A DNA stretch of 64,000 nt from assembly GCA_963693365.1 (NCBI GenBank), contig CAVNZM010000008.1, positions 9,366,818 to 9,430,817 of the forward strand. The letters are read 5' to 3'. Shown one piece after another: positions 56,599 through 64,000 of the stretch. The notes under the pieces were generated by a model. It searched no databases, had not been told where the DNA came from, and worked only from the letters and a program-made list of their open reading frames with translations. The stretch comes from Amoebidium appalachense. Lineage: Eukaryota > Protista > Ichthyosporea. Each line of letters opens with the position of its first letter. The stretch's first letter is position 1. The translations under genes and the position numbers were made by a program.

Positions 56599-57541
56599 AG
56601 AGGGGCTCGAGCCTTAGGAAGGGGGGGCGTGGGGAGGGGGGGGGGAAGGGGAGGGAGGGATCGGTTGGTTGCTGAAAATGCTACAGGGGAAAGAGGGTCG
56701 ATAGACGAGGAGGATGGTAAAAGAAGGCCGGTGGGAAAGCGCAGATAACAAGAGTAGAGAGGGCTCGAAGGGCCCAGTTATTTGAGAGAGCATGTTGGAT
56801 CCGGATCCGAATCCGAAAATATATGTTTATTCATTAATTGAGCCGCTATCAAACGCGTGCTAGCCAGAGCCCTGTTGCAATGTGCCCGTCTATGCGGATG
56901 ATAACACGGATCTCACGAGTAGGCCATCTTCTCTGATGCATCTGTCTAGGAACGAAGCATCCTTTGCCAACATGTGCCTAATACACACAAAAACATTCGC
57001 CATCTGACATGCTCATCCCTCCTAGTGCGCCTACTACAAGGAGTTAAGCAGCCAAACCACTGCACCCATCCCTCGTGCCTACTATGCTGGTGTGGACGAA
57101 GAGTCAGGCACCGGAGTGCTCCTGATGGAAGATCTGACCGCCGCTGGCTCCCCCTCTGACTTTGTGGGCGGAATCACCCCCACACAGGCAAAGGATGCGG
57201 TGGTTGCTTTGGCCCGCCTCCACGCTGCTGGATGTGTATCTTTTGGCGTAAGAGCTGTCTCCCAACACCACCCTCCCTCCTGTTCTCGATAGTAAAAATA
57301 TTGACTCGGAGGTAAATATTAATAGAGTAAGTCATTGTGTTAAGAAAACAATGAAATGAAAAAGAAACTGGAATGAAAGAGAGGAAAGGGGAGGGAAATT
57401 GGGAAGGCAGATGAATTTGGATATACAGCGTAGATATACCACGGCAGGTTGTTCTGCAGTTTGCATATCTTCTTCTTCTTCTTCTTCTTCTTCTTTTTTT
57501 TCTGGTTTGCTTGCTTGTTTGTTTGTTTGGCTCAATTGAAA

Positions 57542-57583
<42 letters not shown>

Positions 57584-58377
57584 AACACACAGTTCAGTGA
57601 CGGGGCCATGTTAAATGTAAGCAGGGTGTGCCTCGGCAAATATAGAAGAGCATGTGCTACCGAAGGTTTCGGAAGAAAGGATGAAAGACTAACACCTTAT
57701 TCTGATTTTTGGGAAAGCCTTTTAAGCAACCACCGCTACTTCCATTTTAGCCGCTGGGCGGCGAGCCACATTGGTGACGTCATTCTGTGCACAATTTCCA
57801 TGCCACCGTTTGGTCACCCTGAAAAAGGCGCGCAACTGAAGCTGGCTCTGTCGTGTCGACTCGTATGTCGACATCGGCATGTGACACAATTTGATGGCGT
57901 CTCTTGATTGGTGAGACGCATTTGAGAAATGTGGCTCTCGGGTGCTCAGCGCCCAGACGCTAAAATGGGAGAAGCGGTGGTTGGTTTAAAGCCTTTGTTC
58001 AACCGTTTTAACGTCCTATTCTTATTGGGCGGCAGGATATTGCGGATGGGCACTACAAGGGCATCTTTGGGCTGCCTTCGAACCCTGGCCGGCTGGAGTT
58101 CCTGGGCAACCTGATGGGCACAGGCATGGCGGCTATGAGGGGGAGGTGTGTGTTTGCTTTAACAGACGTTAAAGCAATTCTATAGGGTTGCCATAAATGG
58201 CAATGGTGCAGATTTCTAAAAACAGGAATCATACCATATATAGGCAAAGCCAGTCATGTTAGCTGCTGTCAATATGTCGGACAGCTGACCTCAAATTTAC
58301 GTCACGCGGTAATTTTCAGAATTTCTACTGCTTTCGTGCTTGTCCGTCCTTTTTTTGGCTAAGTTTTTTTTTTTTTT

Positions 58378-58438
<61 letters not shown>

Positions 58439-58558
58439 GGGGTTTTCAGTGTCTTTGTCCCCCGCCCCCCCCCCCCCCCCCCCCTCCCCCCCTCCCCCCC
58501 CCCCCTCCCCACACACACACACACAGCTTATTCGTTTCCTTCCCCTGGTTTCCTATGG

Positions 58559-58609
<51 letters not shown>

Positions 58610-58697
58610 TGCAGGGGGGGGGGGGGGGGGGGGGAGGCAGGGGGGAGCAGGGGATTGACAACTCACATGCTTTTACCACAACCGATACCCCCCCCCC

Positions 58698-58728
<31 letters not shown>

Positions 58729-58816
58729 ACACACCCACACCCACACACACACCCGGAAAAAAAAGAAGAAAGAAAGAAAGAGGAAGAAACAGAACACACG
58801 TGCGCGCGTGCGCGCG

Positions 58817-58903
<87 letters not shown>

Positions 58904-59490
58904 CCTGGGCGGCAAGATGGACAGGGAGACGTGGCACCAGCTTGACGATCTAGCCAATCATCTTGCAGAGAAAACGGCGGAAGATTTTGAGCTTGCAAAG
59001 ACGAAGGATGCCCTTTCAGTGGTGCACGGCGACCTGTGGTCCAATAACCTGCTCTATGCCACGTAAGTAAAATTTTAAACTATTCTTGTGGTTGGTTGGG
59101 ATGGGATCCGGTTCGATCGGGATTGCTATCTATGGCAACTCTGTGAAACTCTAATCGGCAATGCATGAATTGCTAGCTAATCCATGTTGATTTTTGGTCC
59201 GCATAGAATCTGATCAGATCGGATTGGCTATATATGGTAACTGCGAGACACCGATAGATTGCTACTTCGTAGATACGTGAAGGGTACCCTTACGTGGACA
59301 TAAGAAAACCTTTGTCAGCGGGTTATTATTATTGGTTTATACAGAGACCAGTTCGATCGGATCACCCAAATAAGGAAAGTGTGCAAAATCGATCATGCGG
59401 AGTACGTGTCCCTGTGTATGTGCTTTGGTGCATTTTTGGTAGGCGTCTCCGTGTATGTGTGTGTGTGTGTCTGTGTGTGTGTGTGTGTGT

Positions 59491-59527
<37 letters not shown>

Positions 59528-59708
59528 TGCGTGTGTGTGTGTGTGTGTGTGTGTCTGTGTGTGTGTCTGTGTGTGTGTGTGCTAGTGTTCACGTGTGCGT
59601 GTGTGCGGGTGGTTTGGACGTGTGTGTGTGTTCTCTTTTATGGCTTGTTCGTTGTGGTTTTCTGGGCCTATTTTTTCTATAAAGAAATTTTTCCCTTTTT
59701 TTTTTTTT

Positions 59709-59739
<31 letters not shown>

Positions 59740-61567
59740 GGGGGGGAGGGGGGGGGGGGGGGGGGGATACTATGGAGGGACATGTTTGTAGCACATGCTC
59801 AGTGGTTCGAGTCCATATCTTTATATGTACAGGTCTTTATTATCTTAATGGCATAGGAGTTCATATGTGCTCTTGCCTTCAACCTTCTTTGTAATTCATT
59901 TTGGGTTTCTTTTTTTCATGCTGCAGGGAGGAGGGTGGGCCCAAGGTGTCTAAGGCCTGTGGGTCCCTCGTTGCTGTTCTGGACTTTCAGTTTGCTCACG
60001 TGGGCAACCCGGTATGTCAAGTTTCATTTCCCCCGTTTTTTCCTCCTGATTCCCGTATTTGCCCCCTCCCCCCCAACCTGAGTCGTCCCCCCCCCCCCCC
60101 CCCCTCACCAATTCCCAGTTTCCTCTTCACGTATTAATCCCCCCCCCCCCCCCCCCCTAGCTTCCTCCCTCCCTCCCCCCTCCCTCCCTCCATCCCTCCC
60201 TCCCCGCCTTCCCCTCTTCCTCCCCCCCCCCCCTTCCCCCCCACAACCTCCGGCTGCAAGGAATGCGAGACGGATGCAGGCCCATTTGTTTGCGCTATTT
60301 TAGTTTTTGTGAACCTGGGCACGAGTGGGCTGGATGCCTTTTATTCCAAGATTATGTTTATATTCGCTATGTTTATCTTCTTTGGGTTTCTATCCAAATG
60401 AAAGTTGTTGATGTTCGAATTCATTTTTATGTAAAGTATGTCATCATAGCTGCTGCCTTATACGGTGTCTGCTACACTTTCTTCATTTAACTACAGAAAC
60501 TTACGTGTTTTCTAGTTGGCTACCCCATGGTGCAAGTGCATATCACTCTCATAATTGAGATTTCAATTCACGTCCGTATATTTAAGTTTATGAATAATTT
60601 GACTTAAAACCTAACATCCCAAACCTATTGGCCACAGCTTGGAGACGTTACATTTCTCCTGCTCACCTCCATGGCAGCTCTCGACCGTCGGGCCCACACC
60701 GACAGCCTGCTGCAGGCATATCTCACCGAGGCCCACCGTCTCAACTATCTCGTCCACCTTAAAAATACAGATGTGGTATGTCTTGTCTATCTAAATACTG
60801 GTCTATCTCGCACTCGAGGTTATATTATCTATCAATGGAGCTCTCACCCATCTTACAAGGTGATGTATGGGATGTTTGTCTATCTAAGTACTATCTAAAT
60901 ATATCAATCGTGCACGGGGCTATTTTGTCTATCTATGGGACTCTCTCACCCACTTCAAAAACAAAGATGTGGTGTTCTGTCTATCTAAATACTCGCCTAT
61001 CTCACACACGCTATCTTTTGGACCCTCTCACCCACCTAAAAGTGCAGATGTGGTATGCTTTGCCTATCTAAATATTGCACTATCTATCTGTCGGACCCTG
61101 TCACCCACCATGCAGATGGAAATATTGGTATGTTTGTCTATCTACACACTATCTCGTCCACTGGGATATCATCTATTTATTTAAGGGATCCCTTCTCCTG
61201 CCGTCCCCCCCCCCCCCCCTCCTTATTTTATCCATCACTTCTCTCTTCACCTTCTCCTCCCTCATATTCCCACCTCCCCCCCCCCCCCCCCCCCCCCCCC
61301 CGGGGTGCCCCCACCCCCCCGTCCTGCACCGTGCTCTTTGTTGTGTATCTGTTTGTTTCGTGCTTTGTGTTACATGCTAACCGTCCATAAATCCTTCCCA
61401 CCGCTCCCTTCTCCCAGCATGCACACACGCACACACGCACACACACACACACACACACAAACACACTTGCGCGCACACGTACAAGCCTCCCCCCCCCCCC
61501 CTCCCCCCCTTCCCAGACACTCACTCGCTCGCACGCAACCCCCCCCCCCCCCCCTTCCCCCATCCCA

Positions 61568-61627
<60 letters not shown>

Positions 61628-61890
61628 CACACATCAAAGCTTCCCCCCCCCCCCCCCCCCCTCACACACACGCACACATACACATGTACACACAGAAATC
61701 TCTGTACGCATCCGCTCTTCCTGCTGCGGTTGCGCAACTTGTAGCCTCATGGGATGTGTTTTTGAAGTATGTCTGTGGGCCTGACGGTGCCATTCTGCCC
61801 GACCAAGAGATGAGTAGACAGCAGGCTGCATTGGTTCGAAGGGTTGTGCATGCACTGGCGGATGGGTTGGGCTCCGGAATGCATATCTGA
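56200..61890 (+). CDS. EcKinase/choline-kinase-like (APH superfamily) phosphotransferase, 7 exons
   Basis: Exons 56200-56469, 57026-57235, 58036-58145, 58904-59062, 59927-60011, 60638-60775, 61696-61890. Motifs [37 protein letters not shown] (Brenner motif), LDFQ...GNP..DV. Confidence 0.88.
60745..61190. repeat. ~85-100 bp degenerate tandem repeat (5 copies) starting in EcKinase exon 6 and spanning its donor
   Basis: CTCTCACCCAC...GATGTGGTATG...GTCTATCTAAATA units. Confidence 0.7.
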
Positions 61891-64000
61891 ACCAAAGTAT
61901 ATATGCACATATTGCCTCTATATAGTTCTTTTGCTACACTGCTAACTTAGTTGTTGTTTAGGTATTCTTTTTCCATATCTTCTATGCCTTTATTTCGCCA
62001 CCCTACTAACTGACTTGTTGTTTAGCGAGGTTAGTTTCTCTGGTCTCTCTATTTCCTTTCTTTGTGCAAGGCCCCCCCCCCCCCCACCCTCCCCCCCTCC
62101 CCCCACCCCCCACCCCCCTCCCCATCCGCGAGCTCCGCAACCACCTCACCACCACCACCACACCACCACGATACCTTAATATTAGCTCGTCTCTACCTAT
62201 TACCTATAAATAAAATGAAGACTCACATATTGCGGCCTACCTACTCTAGCACGCTTCCTCCGATCTACTCTTTTCGTGCTTTACATACACAGAACACAAC
62301 ACAGAACACAAAAACGAACGTGTGCACGCACACAGCAATACTCCACTAGGGTGCTTTTATGTCTCTCTTGTGTGCCTTGTGGTGTTCGTTCGTCTCCTTC
62401 GAATTCATTCTTATTATTTTGTATGCTTAAGTCTTTACCGTCTGGTTTTGTTTTTTTTCACCCGACCAAGCTTATGCTTTCAAAGTTCGTGTATGTTGTT
62501 GTTCGGGTCCTTATACCTCCCCCCCCCCCCCCCCCCCCCCTTCCCCCTCCCCTTTCTTCCCGTGGGCACCCATCCATCCACGCACACAGGCACACACATA
62601 TAAAACCTGTATATGCACACAGATCTACACAAACTACATACCTGCCCACACCTGCCCCCAGGCTAGCACAACCCCCTCCCTCCCCCCCCCCCCCCCCCCC
62701 TCCCCGCCGGCGGGGCGGGGAGAGGGGGGGGGGGGGGGGAGGGCTATGAAAAACATACCGACACCTTCTCTGTGCATGCACATCGACTTAAGAATATTTC
62801 CACGTTGATACAAAACACAGGCTCACGGAATTTCTGTGCAGACATCAACATACCACCTGTGCCTCCAATCAGACTCTGCAAGACCAGATTCGACTTCGAA
62901 TCGTTTCCTTTTTGATTTGCATATGACAATGTGTGAAGCCATTACGGCCTTAGTTAATTTAGAACTTGATGAAAGTACGTCCTTTAGAATATTCATTATT
63001 TTTTATTGTGTGACATGGTGCCCAGTATTAGTATAACACGCGATTTATGGTTCATACACTAACCGTCCTGATATGATTTTTCCGGGCCAGCGGCTATTAA
63101 CTCTACATTGTACAAAGACTGAGACCGTGTTATCGAGTTACATCAATAAATGTACTGTTAACAATTGTGATTCATAATGTTCGACTATGCTTTTAAGCCA
63201 TGTGTGGCGCACAATTTGAGAACGGACATGGGCATGGTTAGTTGCGGTGTTGTGTGGTGTGTGTGTATGCACATGTTTGCATGCTGTTGGCGCAGACCCA
63301 CACATTTGGTGCAAGGCCTCACGTGCTAGCCACAAATTTCGGCCCCTCCACGGTGGCGGAAGACTACACTAAATGACGTAATCAAATGGTCTACGCAATG
63401 TAGACTATAGGATTTCCCCGCCACCATGACGGCGAAAATGCAGTGCCTTTTTTTTTTTTTTTTTTTTTTTTTTGTATTAGTGGGCAGCGTCATCAGTGGG
63501 GCCGACATTGGGACTGCGCCGATGGACTGGTTTCGGATTGACAGTCCATCGGATCTCCGATTGACCACACTCGACCATATTTGGTTTTTTCGCAAGTCCA
63601 TCCGATCGGAGCGTCCAGACTGGTCACGGATTGACGGCAACGCTGGCGCTGTATTCAACATATTTTATAATGCTAGCGTACATATACTCTATAATATTTG
63701 TACATTATTTTTGATTTAAATAAGAAGAGATGCTGTAGCTGACATGCTGCACGTCCAAAAAATATTAAAACTAATTATGATGCAAGTATCTACGGGTTGT
63801 CAAGTCTAGGATGCCTAACGCGCGGTCCATTTTGGCTATTTTCTATGCAATTAGTTAATTGGTAAATTTAGTGCGAATAGACTATTGGTAAAGTACGGGA
63901 TGATTGGTTCAGATTTTGCGCTGAACGTCAGTCAATCCGGGCCCGGATTGAAATTCAAAACGCCGAAAGACTGGCAGTTGATCCGGGAGTCAATCCCTGG

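Noticed and set aside
63960-64000. tRNA T-arm-like sequence at the right edge
   Set aside because: No TTC loop consensus or cloverleaf can be built, and it is truncated by the window.

Overview
Eukaryotic, intron-rich genomic DNA. The gene content suggests an opisthokont, possibly a unicellular holozoan, but this is inference only. Introns are packed with poly-C/poly-G runs and (CA)n/(TG)n microsatellites, so most of the ORF track is low-complexity noise. Manual splicing gives seven genes: an unknown minus-strand protein made of ~30-aa one-exon repeats (runs off the left edge), an Arf GTPase, ABTB1, Rab11, a TTC38-like TPR protein, a forkhead transcription factor and an EcKinase/APH-like phosphotransferase. 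Mobile DNA comprises a decayed non-LTR retrotransposon (RNase H plus Zn-finger), a young non-coding LTR mini-element nested in it with a copia-type half-tRNA-iMet primer site, a TTAA piggyBac-like MITE and two long foldback elements. Three signals stand out. First, a dispersed ~105-290 bp element occurs in introns of all seven genes, always in the host sense orientation. Second, tandem duplications repeatedly straddle or abut splice sites. Third, the modular gene has one repeat per exon, with duplicated exons. Exon boundaries were read by eye and need RNA-seq confirmation.
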